Positions 22,094-32,466 of a stretch of DNA of 56,014 nt are shown piece after piece. The stretch lies in NCBI GenBank assembly GCA_964483175.1, contig CAZAAT010000001.1, forward strand, positions 73,292 through 129,305, in the 5' to 3' direction. The stretch's first letter is position 1. The number at the start of each line of letters is the position of its first letter. A model generated the notes under the pieces. That model made no database searches and was not told the origin of the DNA. It saw only the letters and a program-made list of their open reading frames with translations. This stretch comes from an uncultured Bacilli bacterium. Its GTDB lineage: Bacteria; Bacillota; UBA5301. Made by a program: the position numbers and the translations under genes.

Positions 22094-22794
22094 GATCCAT
22101 CGAATCCGTTGGAAAGACTGTAGAAGAAGCGATTGATGAGGCTCTAAGCAAACTCAAGGTCACTAGAGACCAGGTGCAAATTGAGGTTATCGATGAGGGT
22201 GCCAAAGGTATTTTTGGCTTAATCGGCACCAAATTGGCCAGGGTTAGGGTATCGATTAAGCCGGTGCCACAAGATAAATTGGTAGCTGCTCCGCTAGCGA
22301 GCTCAAGTACAAATGCAGCTACAATGCCTCCAACTGAGCAGCCGACGGAGAAGGTCGAGTGGGGCAAAGAGTTTCTTCTTCAGCTACTAACCAAGATGGG
22401 GGTAGATGGTGAAGTAGAAGTTGCTGGTGTCGACGAGGTCATTAATTTATCCATCACCGGCGAAAATATCGGTTTAATCATCGGTCATCGTGGACAAACC
22501 TTGGATTCGATTCAGTATTTAACTAACTTAGCTGCTAGTAAGGCTGGCCTCGAAGGTCCAAAGTTTGTGGTGGATGCGGAAAACTATCGTGCCAGACGCC
22601 AAAAGACCTTAGAACAGCTTGCGGATAGGTTAGCTAACAAAGTTATTACCCGCCGCCGCAAAGCGATTTTAGACCCCATGTCACCCCAGGAGCGTCGGGT
22701 TATTCACCTATATCTCAGAGATAATCCAAGTGTATGCACCTACAGCGAAGGAAAAGAACCTTATCGCCGGGTGATTATCGACCTGAAAAGATAA
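22090..22794 (+). CDS. jag: Jag/KhpB RNA-binding protein (Jag_N, KH, R3H)
   Basis: It has the N-terminal GKTVEEAIDEAL, the KH-like IGHRGQTLDSIQYL, and the C-terminal R3H region MSPQERRVIH. It follows yidC. Confidence 0.88.
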   Translation: MRSIESVGKTVEEAIDEALSKLKVTRDQVQIEVIDEGAKGIFGLIGTKLARVRVSIKPVPQDKLVAAPLASSSTNAATMPPTEQPTEKVEWGKEFLLQLLTKMGVDGEVEVAGVDEVINLSITGENIGLIIGHRGQTLDSIQYLTNLAASKAGLEGPKFVVDAENYRARRQKTLEQLADRLANKVITRRRKAILDPMSPQERRVIHLYLRDNPSVCTYSEGKEPYRRVIIDLKR

Positions 22795-22823
22795 ACGATT
22801 TTAGCTTGTGTTATCAGGCTGAG

Positions 22824-22858
22824 AGTCGCCGGCTTTTGCGCTGGCGACTTGTTTTATT
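22824..22858 (+). terminator. Rho-independent terminator after jag
   Basis: AGTCGCCGGC-ttttgc-GCTGGCGACT forms a 10-bp stem with one G-U pair. It is followed by TGTTTTATT. Confidence 0.7.
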
Positions 22859-22898
22859 AACGGTAATTTTCGATAAGCTATCGTAAGAGGTGTTTCTG

Positions 22899-24290
22899 GT
22901 GAGCATCGTGTTTGATAATGACACTATTGCGGCTATCTCCACTCCCTTGGGTGAGGGCGGACTCGCCATTATCCGTGTTAGCGGGGATAATGCCGTAAAA
23001 GTCGTCGACCAGGTATTTGCTCCAGGGGGCAAAGTCAAGCCTGATTTTCTTGGTTCAGCACCTAGCCATACAGTCCATTATGGCTACATTCTCAATCGGC
23101 TGGGAGAACGCGTCGACGAGGTGTTGGTATCGGTAATGTTGGCGCCACGCACGTTCACCAGGGAAAATACCGTTGAAATCAGCTGTCATGGTGGAATGGT
23201 GAGCGCGCAAAGGGTTTTGGAGGCTGTTCTTGATTCAGGTGCCAGACTGGCAGAGCCGGGGGAATTCACCAAAAGGGCTTTTCTAAATGGGCGTATCGAT
23301 TTGGCCCAAGCAGAAGCGGTAATCGATCTAATTCGCGCCAAGACCGAATCAAGTCATGCAGTTGCTCTGACTAATTTACGTGGTGGACTCTCCGAAAGGG
23401 TGCGCGCCATTCGCGAAGCCGTTGTCGAGGTGTTAACCTACTTGGAGGCCTCCATTGATTTTCCCGAGGACGAGATCCCACCGCTCGAGCAAGACCTCGA
23501 CCAGTTGCTCACTCGGGCCCAAGCTGAGGTAACCTCGCTAATCGAAACGGCGCGGACCGGACGGATTTATCGCGAGGGGCTAGCGACAGTCATTTTGGGG
23601 CGTCCTAATGTTGGAAAGTCTAGTTTGCTCAATGCCTTATTAGGTGAGGAGCGGGCGATTGTAACCCAGATTCCCGGAACAACGAGGGACCTACTCGAGG
23701 AACAGTATAACTTGCGCGGTTTACCGTTACGAATAATCGATACAGCGGGTATTCGGGCGACCTCCGATGAAGTTGAGAAAATCGGCGTAACCAGGAGTGT
23801 TGAGGCTATATCTCGTGCAGATATCATCCTTTTCCTTGTCGATTATTCTAGCGGGCTTACTCCGGAGGATCTCGAGCTAGCTACTACTTTACCTGTAGAT
23901 CACACCATATTAGTGGCAAATAAAGCGGACTTACCGCCAGGATCCGGATTTTACGAACTTGAGGATCGTTTTGGTGAACCGGTGCTAATTTCGGCCAAAG
24001 ATCAGACCGGCCTTGATGCTCTCAAAGATCGGATCTTACACACGGCTAGCGTAATTAAGGTTGACAGTACGCAGACCGTCTTGGTTACTAACCTGCGTCA
24101 TGTGGAGGCATTACGTCATGCCCACGAGGCTCTTCAGAATGCCCATAAGGCTTTAGACGGCGCAATGCCGGCCGATTTAATTACCATAGATCTGCATTCG
24201 GCCGTGGACCATCTAGGTGAAATAACTGGCGATACAGCCTCTGCTGACGTAATTGATCGCATTTTTGCTAATTTCTGCATTGGAAAGTAG
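22899..24290 (+). CDS. mnmE: tRNA modification GTPase MnmE
   Basis: It contains [22 protein letters not shown], the G1 motif GRPNVGKSS, and the C-terminal FCIGK. I prefer the GTG start at 22899, 8 nt after AAGAGG. The ORF track starts at 22890. Confidence 0.93.
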   Translation: MSIVFDNDTIAAISTPLGEGGLAIIRVSGDNAVKVVDQVFAPGGKVKPDFLGSAPSHTVHYGYILNRLGERVDEVLVSVMLAPRTFTRENTVEISCHGGMVSAQRVLEAVLDSGARLAEPGEFTKRAFLNGRIDLAQAEAVIDLIRAKTESSHAVALTNLRGGLSERVRAIREAVVEVLTYLEASIDFPEDEIPPLEQDLDQLLTRAQAEVTSLIETARTGRIYREGLATVILGRPNVGKSSLLNALLGEERAIVTQIPGTTRDLLEEQYNLRGLPLRIIDTAGIRATSDEVEKIGVTRSVEAISRADIILFLVDYSSGLTPEDLELATTLPVDHTILVANKADLPPGSGFYELEDRFGEPVLISAKDQTGLDALKDRILHTASVIKVDSTQTVLVTNLRHVEALRHAHEALQNAHKALDGAMPADLITIDLHSAVDHLGEITGDTASADVIDRIFANFCIGK

Positions 24291-24298
24291 GGACGGAA

Positions 24299-26179
24299 AT
24301 GGGTTTTGCTCAAGCCTACGATGTTGTGGTAATCGGTGCTGGTCATGCCGGTTGTGAGGCAGCCTTGGCTACCGCCAAAATGGGCTTACGAACGCTAATT
24401 CTTACGATTAGTTTGGATAATGTTGGCCTAATGCCGTGTAACCCCAGCATCGGCGGGGCGGCCAAAGGACAGTTGGTGCGAGAAATCGATGCTCTCGGCG
24501 GGGCTATGGGTCTGGCCATCGACCAGACATATATTCAAATCAGGATGCTCAATACCAGCAAAGGACCTGCTGTCCATGCGTTACGTGCTCAAATCGATAA
24601 GTTTGCCTATATGCGGTGGATGAAGCGGCAGTTAGAAGAAACCCCCAATCTCGATTTCAAGCAAGGGGTTGTGACCAAAATTCTGACTCGGGGCGATCGA
24701 GTTATCGGGGTGCGCTTAAAGACGGAGATTGATATTGCTGCCAAGGCCGTCATTGTGGCTACCGGAACTTATCTGCGCGGGCTGGTTCATTATGGGCTTG
24801 TGCATTACTCCTCCGGACCACAAGGACAGCATCCTTCAGTCGAGTTAGCCCATAGTCTAATGGAATTTGGATTTGAATTACAACGCTTTAAGACCGGGAC
24901 CCCTCCCAGAATTCATGGGGATTCGGTGGATTATAGCAAGACCACCGAAATGCCGGGGGAAGAGTTGCGGCGTGGTTTCTCCTTTCGGGCACCTTTGCCC
25001 CGGCGTCAGCAAGTCTCGTGTTGGTTAACCCAGACCACTCAGCAGACTCATGAGATTATTCGGCAAAACTTGGATAAGGCTCCGATGTACACCGGTGAAA
25101 TTACCGGGATTGGTCCGCGGTATTGCCCTTCACTGGAGGCTAAAGTTTACGAGTTTCCCGACAAGCAGAGCCACCAAATCTTCATCGAGCCTGAAGGCAT
25201 TGGTACCAAGGAGATGTATTTGGCCGGTTTTTCCACCAGTTTGCCGGAGGATATTCAGATCGAGATGATCCGGACTGTCCCCGGGTTGGAAAACGTAGAA
25301 ATAATGCGGCCCGGTTACGCCATCGAATATGATGCGTTGGACCCGCTAGATTTGAAGTCTACTTTGGAGACTAAGGCGATCAGAGGTCTGTTCTGTGCGG
25401 GGCAGATCAATGGAACCTCCGGGTATGAAGAGGCGGCTGCGCAAGGGTTAATCGCAGGCATCAATGCGGCCTTGGCGATCAAAGAGGCCGAGCCTTTGGT
25501 GCTCAAACGATCCCAAGCCTATATTGGAGTGCTAATCGATGATTTGGTTACCAAAGGAACGCGCGAGCCGTATCGACTCCTGACAGCTAAAGCCGAATAT
25601 CGCCTGCTTTTACGGCAGGACAATGCCGATCTTAGACTCACCGAACTGGGATATCAACTTGGTTTGATTAGTGATCCGGTCTATACTGCTTTTCTACAGA
25701 AAAAGGAAGGTATTGAGAGGCTGCGGACCAAACTCAAAGAAGAGGTTATTCCGCCCAGCCCGGCGGTGAATGAAAAGCTATCTGACCTCGGGCAGGCTCC
25801 ACTACAGCGCTCAGTGAGCGCCGAGGTCTTCTTGCGCCGCCCGGAGATCAATTTCAATCTGTTATCCGAGTTTATCTCACTTAACACCGAGGAGATCGAT
25901 CCGGAAGTTGCCGAGCAGGTTGAATTGCAAGTCAAGTATAGCGGATATATCGAACGCCAGCAGGATCAGGTTGAGCGGTTCCTTAAACTGGAAGCCAAGA
26001 AGATCCCGCCTGATCTCCAATTTGAGTCTTTGCATGGTCTTAGCTCGGAAGCTCGGGAAAAATTAGCCCGGGTTCGCCCTGAATCACTCGGTCAGGCCGC
26101 GCGAATCTCCGGGGTATCGCCTGCGGATATCAACTATTTGGCAATTATCTTAGAACAACGCCGGAGAGGAAGGGCTTAA
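24299..26179 (+). CDS. mnmG: tRNA uridine 5-carboxymethylaminomethyl modification enzyme MnmG
   Basis: 626 aa with the FAD motif [18 protein letters not shown] and GPRYCPSLE. Confidence 0.95.
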   Translation: MGFAQAYDVVVIGAGHAGCEAALATAKMGLRTLILTISLDNVGLMPCNPSIGGAAKGQLVREIDALGGAMGLAIDQTYIQIRMLNTSKGPAVHALRAQIDKFAYMRWMKRQLEETPNLDFKQGVVTKILTRGDRVIGVRLKTEIDIAAKAVIVATGTYLRGLVHYGLVHYSSGPQGQHPSVELAHSLMEFGFELQRFKTGTPPRIHGDSVDYSKTTEMPGEELRRGFSFRAPLPRRQQVSCWLTQTTQQTHEIIRQNLDKAPMYTGEITGIGPRYCPSLEAKVYEFPDKQSHQIFIEPEGIGTKEMYLAGFSTSLPEDIQIEMIRTVPGLENVEIMRPGYAIEYDALDPLDLKSTLETKAIRGLFCAGQINGTSGYEEAAAQGLIAGINAALAIKEAEPLVLKRSQAYIGVLIDDLVTKGTREPYRLLTAKAEYRLLLRQDNADLRLTELGYQLGLISDPVYTAFLQKKEGIERLRTKLKEEVIPPSPAVNEKLSDLGQAPLQRSVSAEVFLRRPEINFNLLSEFISLNTEEIDPEVAEQVELQVKYSGYIERQQDQVERFLKLEAKKIPPDLQFESLHGLSSEAREKLARVRPESLGQAARISGVSPADINYLAIILEQRRRGRA

Positions 26180-26180
26180 G

Positions 26181-26915
26181 ATGAGTGCTTTATTCGAGTG
26201 TCAACAGACTTTGGCTACTAACCTGGCTCAATTAGGTTTATTTGATGACCGGAGCATTCCCGGTATTACGGAAAAGCTGCTCCTTTTCGCGGATGCGGTG
26301 TTGGAGGAAAATACGCGGCAAAATCTTACCAGAATCACCGAACCAGCAGCTGTTGTCAGCCGTCACCTCATAGACTCGCTTTCAGTTTTACAATGGCTGA
26401 AGGTACGTCCTGCCCGGGTCTGCGATGTAGGCACCGGAGGCGGTTTTCCCGGCGTACCGTTGGCTATTGCCGTTCCAGAGTTTCAAGTTACGCTCATCGA
26501 TAGCGAGAACAAGAAGGTTGCCTTTCTAAACCGTATCGCGAACGAGCTGGGTTTAACCAATGTTACTGCGATGCACCTCCGTGCCGAAGAGGCCGGCCAA
26601 GATCGGGCGCTAAGAGAAAGCTTTGCGATAGTTGTTTCTCGTTCTGTAGCTAGATTATCTATTCTTTATGAGTATACACTCCCACTGTTAAGGACCGGGG
26701 GGACGTTTTGGGCTTATAAGGGGGAAACAGCCCGCGAGGAAGCTGAGGAGGCTCAGCCGGCCCTGGAAATCCTAGGTGGAGCACTAGTTGGACTCAGGGA
26801 CTATGAGCTTCCTACGGGTGAAACCCATACCTTAGTACAAGTTGAAAAGGTCTCATCGACCCCGCAGCGCTACCCCCGCAGGGCTGGTCTTCCCGCTAAA
26901 CGTCCACTCCGCTAG
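26181..26915 (+). CDS. rsmG: 16S rRNA (guanine527-N7)-methyltransferase RsmG
   Basis: It has the SAM motif VCDVGTGGGFPGVPLAI. It holds the conserved position after mnmG. Confidence 0.9.
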   Translation: MSALFECQQTLATNLAQLGLFDDRSIPGITEKLLLFADAVLEENTRQNLTRITEPAAVVSRHLIDSLSVLQWLKVRPARVCDVGTGGGFPGVPLAIAVPEFQVTLIDSENKKVAFLNRIANELGLTNVTAMHLRAEEAGQDRALRESFAIVVSRSVARLSILYEYTLPLLRTGGTFWAYKGETAREEAEEAQPALEILGGALVGLRDYELPTGETHTLVQVEKVSSTPQRYPRRAGLPAKRPLR

Positions 26916-26956
26916 AGGAGATACGCTCCGCTCTGCCGAAAAACTATCCCAAAGAA

Positions 26957-26972
26957 TGTTTCACGTGGAACA
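26957..26972. promoter_or_regulatory. parS centromere-like site
   Basis: TGTTTCACGTGGAACA is the reverse complement of TGTTCCACGTGAAACA, a 16/16 match to the Bacillus-type parS consensus. Confidence 0.85.
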
Positions 26973-26991
26973 TTATGGGGGATATGCATAT

Positions 26992-27831
26992 ATGACCGAT
27001 ACGATTTGGGGCAAATTGTTGCGAAAACCTTCGCAAACCGACTCTCGCGCCCTGCTCAATCTTCCGGTTGGCTCGATTAATCCCAATCCCTTTCAGCCGC
27101 GGCGTAGTTTTAATGACGAGGAGCTCCAGGAGCTCACAGAATCGATCAAGACGCACGGAATTCTCCAGCCGTTGGTTGTCACTATGTCTGCAGGCGAAAA
27201 ATCAGAATATATATTGGTTGTAGGGGAACGGAGACTGCGGGCGGCCCAACTGGCCGGACTGACAGAGGTCCCCGCGATTCTTGCCAACTACACGGATCAG
27301 GAGCTTGCAGAGGTGGCGCTGGTTGAGAATCTCCAACGCAAGGATTTAACTCCGATTGAGGAAGCGATCGCATTCAAAAAATTGCTGGAGGAATATGGGC
27401 TAACCCAGCAAGAACTTGGGGCGCGCCTGGGCAAGAGTCAGAGTGCAATAGCGAATAAAGTTCGATTACTTAATTTGCCGCCTGAAGTCTTGGATTATAT
27501 TTCCCGGGAAATAATTACTGAACGCCATGGGCGAGTGCTCTTAAAACTGCCGCCAGAGTTGGCGAAAAAGGTAGTGGAGCAGGTGGTTAAGGCAGGTTTG
27601 TCAGTAAAGCAAACCGAAGCCCTGGTTGAACAGTTGCTGACTGAAAAACCAAGCAAAGAAAGGCGAGTCATCCGAATTTTTAAGGATGCGCGCTTGTTTA
27701 GAAATTCGGTATTACACCTGGTTAAGGAGTTACAGGCGAGTGGTCTCGCGGTTAAAGTGACCGAAGAAGATCAAGCAGATAGTTATCAATTGACGATCAA
27801 TATATCTAAAGCGAGTAGGAGGCAGTCTTGA
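26992..27831 (+). CDS. noc: ParB-family paralogue (Noc-like nucleoid occlusion / Spo0J-like protein)
   Basis: It has the ParB box PNPFQPRRSFNDEELQELTESIKTHGILQPLVV and GERRLRAA. The ATG start at 26992 follows GGGGGA. The ORF-track start at 26842 overlaps rsmG and is rejected. Confidence 0.75.
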   Translation: MTDTIWGKLLRKPSQTDSRALLNLPVGSINPNPFQPRRSFNDEELQELTESIKTHGILQPLVVTMSAGEKSEYILVVGERRLRAAQLAGLTEVPAILANYTDQELAEVALVENLQRKDLTPIEEAIAFKKLLEEYGLTQQELGARLGKSQSAIANKVRLLNLPPEVLDYISREIITERHGRVLLKLPPELAKKVVEQVVKAGLSVKQTEALVEQLLTEKPSKERRVIRIFKDARLFRNSVLHLVKELQASGLAVKVTEEDQADSYQLTINISKASRRQS

Positions 27832-28601
27832 TGGGGCGGATCTTGGCGGTAGTTAACCAAAAGGGTGGGGTTGGCAAGAGTACAACGACGGTAAACCTTT
27901 CTGCCTATTTGGGGGCTGCAGGCAAAAAAGTGCTGATGCTCGATATCGATCCCCAAGGGAATGCCACCAGCGGGATGGGGATTGATAAATCAGAGGTGGA
28001 TAAATCGATCTATGACGTATTGATTAACGATATCCCTGTGGCAGAGGCGGTTGTGACATGTAAATATCCGGAATTGTCTAGTGTGGATATTTTGCCGGCG
28101 ACGATCCAATTAGCCGGTGCTGAAGTTGAGCTCGTTTCGATGATGAGTAGAGAATACCGCTTGAAGATGGCCCTTGAAGGATTAACTGATCGATATGACT
28201 ATATCATCATGGATTGTCCCCCTTCGCTGGGCCTACTGACGATAAATGCTCTAACGGCGGCCGATGGAGTAATTGTACCGATTCAATGTGAGTACTATGC
28301 ATTAGAAGGATTAAGCCAACTCTTAGATACAGTTAACCTGGTCAAAAAACATTTAAATCGTTCGTTGGAAATAACCGGGGTGCTATTGACGATGTATGAT
28401 TCGCGGACTAATCTTGCTCAACAGGTAATAGATGAGGTGAAAGGATACTTTGCAGGCAAGGTATTTGAGACGATTATCCCCCGGAACATTCGTCTAAGTG
28501 AGGCCCCGGGCTATGGGAAGCCAATATTATTGTATGATCCGACCTCGAAAGGGGCCGTGGCGTACAAGGCGTTAAGGGACGAGGTGATCAAACGTGGCTA
28601 G
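27828..28601 (+). CDS. soj: ParA/Soj chromosome partitioning ATPase
   Basis: It has the deviant Walker A motif NQKGGVGKSTT, plus DCPPSLG. 257 aa. Confidence 0.93.
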   Translation: MMGRILAVVNQKGGVGKSTTTVNLSAYLGAAGKKVLMLDIDPQGNATSGMGIDKSEVDKSIYDVLINDIPVAEAVVTCKYPELSSVDILPATIQLAGAEVELVSMMSREYRLKMALEGLTDRYDYIIMDCPPSLGLLTINALTAADGVIVPIQCEYYALEGLSQLLDTVNLVKKHLNRSLEITGVLLTMYDSRTNLAQQVIDEVKGYFAGKVFETIIPRNIRLSEAPGYGKPILLYDPTSKGAVAYKALRDEVIKRG

Positions 28602-29448
28602 GCAAGCACTTGGCAGAGGACTAAAAGCTTTAATCAATACGGATGATGTAGCGGAACATGAGATCCGTGAGGTGTCGGTCGCTGAGATTACGCCGAACCC
28701 ATATCAACCGAGGCGCGAATTTGATGATGAGAAGCTGCGTGAATTGGCTGACTCAATCAAAGAACACGGGATTATCCAGCCTCTTGTAGTAAAGGACGAC
28801 CAAGACGGGAAATATATTTTGATAGCGGGTGAACGCCGTTTCCGCGCTGCACAGTTAGCGGGTTTAGAAGCGGTACCGGTTATTGTAAAAGAACTGGATC
28901 AGGATCAAATGATCCAATGGGCTTTGGTGGAGAACCTGCAAAGGGAGGATCTTAATCCCATAGAAGAAGCCCTGGCCTATCGTAGGCTTGCTGAAGAATT
29001 CAACCTAACTCAGGAGGCGATCGCCCAGGTTGTCGGGAAAAGCCGGCCGGCGGTGGCTAACACCCTCAGACTGTTGGCTTTACCCCAGCAAATTCAGGAT
29101 GCTGTTTCACGTGGAACTATATCGATGGGACATGCAAAGTGCTTGATTGGCCTTCCTGAAGGCGCACAGCGCCAGGTTTTCGAAAAAGTAATCTCGCAAG
29201 GTTTAAATGTGCGGCAGACAGAGGAAATCTGCGAGCGGCTGAGGCGGGCTACACCTAATGAACGTCGGAACAAGGAGAAAAAGATCAGCCGAGATCCGTA
29301 CATAACCGCGGCAGAAGATGAACTGAGGCTATCTTTAGGTACTAAGGTGAACATCGAATGCAATAAAAAGGGTCAGGGGAAGATCCAGATCGATTTCTAT
29401 AGTGAGGATGAACTAAATCGGCTAATAGAGTTGTTAGGACGGAGATAA
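28594..29448 (+). CDS. spo0J: ParB/Spo0J chromosome partitioning protein
   Basis: It has LGRGLKALI, PNPYQPRREFDDEKLRELADSIKEHGIIQPLVV and GERRFRAA. Confidence 0.93.
   Translation: MARQALGRGLKALINTDDVAEHEIREVSVAEITPNPYQPRREFDDEKLRELADSIKEHGIIQPLVVKDDQDGKYILIAGERRFRAAQLAGLEAVPVIVKELDQDQMIQWALVENLQREDLNPIEEALAYRRLAEEFNLTQEAIAQVVGKSRPAVANTLRLLALPQQIQDAVSRGTISMGHAKCLIGLPEGAQRQVFEKVISQGLNVRQTEEICERLRRATPNERRNKEKKISRDPYITAAEDELRLSLGTKVNIECNKKGQGKIQIDFYSEDELNRLIELLGRR
29103..29118. promoter_or_regulatory. parS-like site inside spo0J
   Basis: TGTTTCACGTGGAACT matches the consensus at 15/16. An intragenic position in spo0J is also known for Bacillus subtilis. Confidence 0.65.
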
Positions 29449-29458
29449 GGTGAAAACC

Positions 29459-30610
29459 ATGATTTATTTAGACAATGCAGCAACCTCATGGCCAAAACCG
29501 GAATGTGTTTACCGTGAGGTTGGGGAGTTTCTCCGCCGAGCCGGTGCTAATCCTGGCCGAGGCGGACATGCCCTCGCCAGGGAGGCCCAGGCAATGGTCG
29601 AGTCAGTTCGTGAGGACTTGGCTCATTTTTTCAATATCGAAGACCCTAGTCAGTTTGTTTTTACCGGGAATGCGACAGAAGCGCTAAATTTGGCAATTAA
29701 GGGTGTACTAGCAAAGGGCGGACATGCGGTTTTATCCAGCATGGAACATAATGCCGTTTCTCGCCCTTTATTTGCCCTGGAAGCAGCTGGAGCAAAAGTG
29801 TCAGTTGTGCAAGCCGACCAACAGGGTCTGGTTAGTGTAGATGATGTAGTCGCGGCTGTTGGCCCAGATACTCGTCTGATTGCTTTAACCCATGCTTCAA
29901 ATGTAACCGGAGGGTTGATGCCGATTAGTGAAGTCGGTGAATTTGCTCGCCAGCGGGGGATCACCTTCTTGGTTGATGCCTCGCAAACGGTCGGGGAAAG
30001 ACCGATTGACCTTAATACACTGCCAGTTGATCTGCTGGCTTTTCCCGGTCATAAAGCTTTGTTAGGCCCCACGGGAACGGGTGCCCTCTATGTCAGGAAA
30101 GGGTGCGAGCTCGAACCATTGCTCCACGGGGGCACTGGAACACATTCTGAACTTTTGGAGCAGCCGAGCGAGACACCGTATCGCTATGAAAGCGGCACAC
30201 TCAATACCAGTGGGATAGCTGGGCTTGGAGCGGCACTGCAGTATATTTCCGAGGTTGGACTGGAGCAAATTGCTTCTACTATCCGTGAACATACACTGAC
30301 CTTTCTTGATGGTTGCTCAGATATTTCCGGTCTCCGGATATTAGGCCCGCAATCGCCGGAGTTGCGGGTAGGGGTCGTTAGTGTGGTTGCTGATTTTTTG
30401 AATCCTGATGAATTAGCATACATTTTAGACCAAGTCTATGGAATTGCGGTACGGGCCGGGCTGCACTGTGCCCCGTTGGCCCATAAAACCCTGGGAACAT
30501 TTCCTCAGGGAGCGGTCAGATTTAGTTTCAGCCATTTTAATACCGCTGCAGATGTTCAACATGCTTTGCAGGCCTTACGTGAAATAGCTGAACAATCCGG
30601 AGGTTATTAG
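29459..30610 (+). CDS. Class V aminotransferase / cysteine desulfurase family protein
   Basis: It starts MIYLDNAATSWP, has the PLP-lysine motif FPGHKALLGPTGTGALYV, and a Cys loop RAGLHCAPLAH. I prefer the ATG at 29459 (AAGGTGA upstream). The ORF track starts at GTG 29450. Confidence 0.8.
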   Translation: MIYLDNAATSWPKPECVYREVGEFLRRAGANPGRGGHALAREAQAMVESVREDLAHFFNIEDPSQFVFTGNATEALNLAIKGVLAKGGHAVLSSMEHNAVSRPLFALEAAGAKVSVVQADQQGLVSVDDVVAAVGPDTRLIALTHASNVTGGLMPISEVGEFARQRGITFLVDASQTVGERPIDLNTLPVDLLAFPGHKALLGPTGTGALYVRKGCELEPLLHGGTGTHSELLEQPSETPYRYESGTLNTSGIAGLGAALQYISEVGLEQIASTIREHTLTFLDGCSDISGLRILGPQSPELRVGVVSVVADFLNPDELAYILDQVYGIAVRAGLHCAPLAHKTLGTFPQGAVRFSFSHFNTAADVQHALQALREIAEQSGGY

Positions 30611-30615
30611 AACAG

Positions 30616-31296
30616 ATGCAAGATTGCGGATTTACGGATTTAGGCTTTGCCAAAATTGACATCGATCGCAAGCGGCGGTGTGGTTTCCCTGAGGTTATTT
30701 ATTGTGCGGACAAAACCGTGGAACAGGTTCAACAAATCTTTTTTCATTTGAGTCAGCGTGAAGAGAGGGTTCTTGCTACCAGGGCCAGTGCAAAACAATT
30801 CGGCGCTGTGGTGGAAAAAGTCCCGGAGGCCCAATATTTTGCTCAAGCGAAGATTATCGCCAAAGGTCCGCTACCGGAACGCTTGCACGGGCGAGTTGCG
30901 ATAGTCACTGCCGGTTCATCTGATATCCCCATCGCTGAAGAGGCAGCCATCGTTGCCGAGTATCTCGGCTCGAATGTCCGGCGCTATTATGATATGGGTG
31001 TAGCCGGAATTCATCGGGTATTGGCTGTGCGCGATGAGCTTGCCGCGGCGAATGCTATTGTCGTGGTCGCAGGGATGGATGGTGCTCTGCCGAGTGTAGT
31101 TGGAGGGCTGGTGGACAAGCCTATTGTGGCGGTTCCGACCAGTGTAGGTTATGGGGCCAATTTCCAGGGATTGGCACCGCTATTAACGATGCTGAACTCT
31201 TGTTCAGCCGGGGTTGCTGTTGTAAACATTGACAATGGGTTTGGCGCCGGGTACTATGCACATATAGTCAATAAGGGGGTAGTACCCGGTGAGTGA
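30616..31296 (+). CDS. larB: LarB, nickel-pincer cofactor biosynthesis (PurE-like NaAD carboxylase/hydrolase)
   Basis: The N-terminal region reads ...IDIDRKRRCGFPEVIYC..K. The PurE-like core reads VAIVTAGSSDIPIAEEA...VVAGMDGALPSVVGGL. Confidence 0.75.
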   Translation: MQDCGFTDLGFAKIDIDRKRRCGFPEVIYCADKTVEQVQQIFFHLSQREERVLATRASAKQFGAVVEKVPEAQYFAQAKIIAKGPLPERLHGRVAIVTAGSSDIPIAEEAAIVAEYLGSNVRRYYDMGVAGIHRVLAVRDELAAANAIVVVAGMDGALPSVVGGLVDKPIVAVPTSVGYGANFQGLAPLLTMLNSCSAGVAVVNIDNGFGAGYYAHIVNKGVVPGE

Positions 31297-32461
31297 GGTT
31301 CTATATTTGGATGCTACTTTCGGGCTCAGTGGCGATATGCTACTGGCCGCACTCTCATACCGGATTGACTTAGCGGAGGTTATTGATAGACTAAGAACTC
31401 TCCCGTTAGAGCCCTGGCAGGTTGAGGTGGCCGAAGTGACGCGCTGCGGCATTAAGGCGAGGCAAGTTATTTTCTCCGGCGAGAAATGCAGCAGCCACCG
31501 CCATTTAAGTCAGATTCATGAATTATTTGGCGCCAGTGACTGGCCTCCAGAGGTTATTGAGCTCGCCTCTGAGATTTTCACGATTTTGGCTCAGGCCGAG
31601 GGTGAGGTTCATGGGGTCCATCCCGACCAGGTACATTTTCATGAGGTCGGTGCTCTGGATTCGATCTTAGATATTGGTGGGTTCGCTTGGGCCTATTATT
31701 TGGCCGGGCGGCCACCGGTTTTTGTCTCTACCCTGCCTTTTACGGAAGGAACTGTGCAGACCGAACACGGGATAATGCCTTTGCCGGCGCCGGCTACAGC
31801 CAGGCTTTTACAGGGCTACCACCTGAAGCAGCGGGATGTACCAACAGGGGAAGCTATTACACCAACTGGTGCGGCGATTTTGGTTGGAACTCGAGCTCGA
31901 CAGAGTTGGCCGGGTGGGCAGTTGGTAAGCATTGGATATGGGGCTGGCCAACGCGATCCGCAAGAGTATCCTAACCTGTTACGCGCGGTCTGGTTGGGGC
32001 AGTATGAGAAGACCGAAGCCGAGGAAGTAATGATTATCGAAGCCACCATTGATGATATGGATGGCCGTCTATACCCGGTTGTGACGGATAAACTGATCAG
32101 CTCAGGGGCGCTAGATGTAGCCGTATCACCGGTGGTGATGAAAAAGGGACGCCCCGGTCATCTCCTAAGGGTTATGGTGCGATCGGCGGACCTGATGAAA
32201 GCGGCTCAGATTATTTTTGCGGAAACCACCACCATCGGCCTTTCCTATGCAAATAGGAAGCGCATAACTCTGCCCCGGTCGGTGATTACCGTGAAGATCG
32301 AAGATTTTCCGATCAGAGTTAAGCTGGCTCAGGTTCCTGAAGGGCCACTTAATGTCTCGCCGGAGTACGCTGATTGCCAAAAGGCAGCAGCATATTTGGG
32401 GCGCAGCGTCAAGGAAATTATTCTAGAAGCGAGTTCGTTGGCTTTGCAGCGGAGGGAGTAA
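31289..32461 (+). CDS. larC: LarC, nickel insertion protein (DUF111)
   Basis: It contains LYLDATFGLSGDMLLAAL and HFHEVGALDSILDIGG. 390 aa, overlapping larB by 8 nt. Confidence 0.78.
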   Translation: MSEVLYLDATFGLSGDMLLAALSYRIDLAEVIDRLRTLPLEPWQVEVAEVTRCGIKARQVIFSGEKCSSHRHLSQIHELFGASDWPPEVIELASEIFTILAQAEGEVHGVHPDQVHFHEVGALDSILDIGGFAWAYYLAGRPPVFVSTLPFTEGTVQTEHGIMPLPAPATARLLQGYHLKQRDVPTGEAITPTGAAILVGTRARQSWPGGQLVSIGYGAGQRDPQEYPNLLRAVWLGQYEKTEAEEVMIIEATIDDMDGRLYPVVTDKLISSGALDVAVSPVVMKKGRPGHLLRVMVRSADLMKAAQIIFAETTTIGLSYANRKRITLPRSVITVKIEDFPIRVKLAQVPEGPLNVSPEYADCQKAAAYLGRSVKEIILEASSLALQRRE

Positions 32462-32466
32462 AAGGG

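Noticed and set aside
26842-26991. The long N-terminal extension of the noc ORF in the track, which overlaps rsmG by 74 nt
   Set aside because: The extension is read through the rsmG 3' end and the parS site. A proper RBS plus ATG at 26992 gives a normal-length ParB-family protein.
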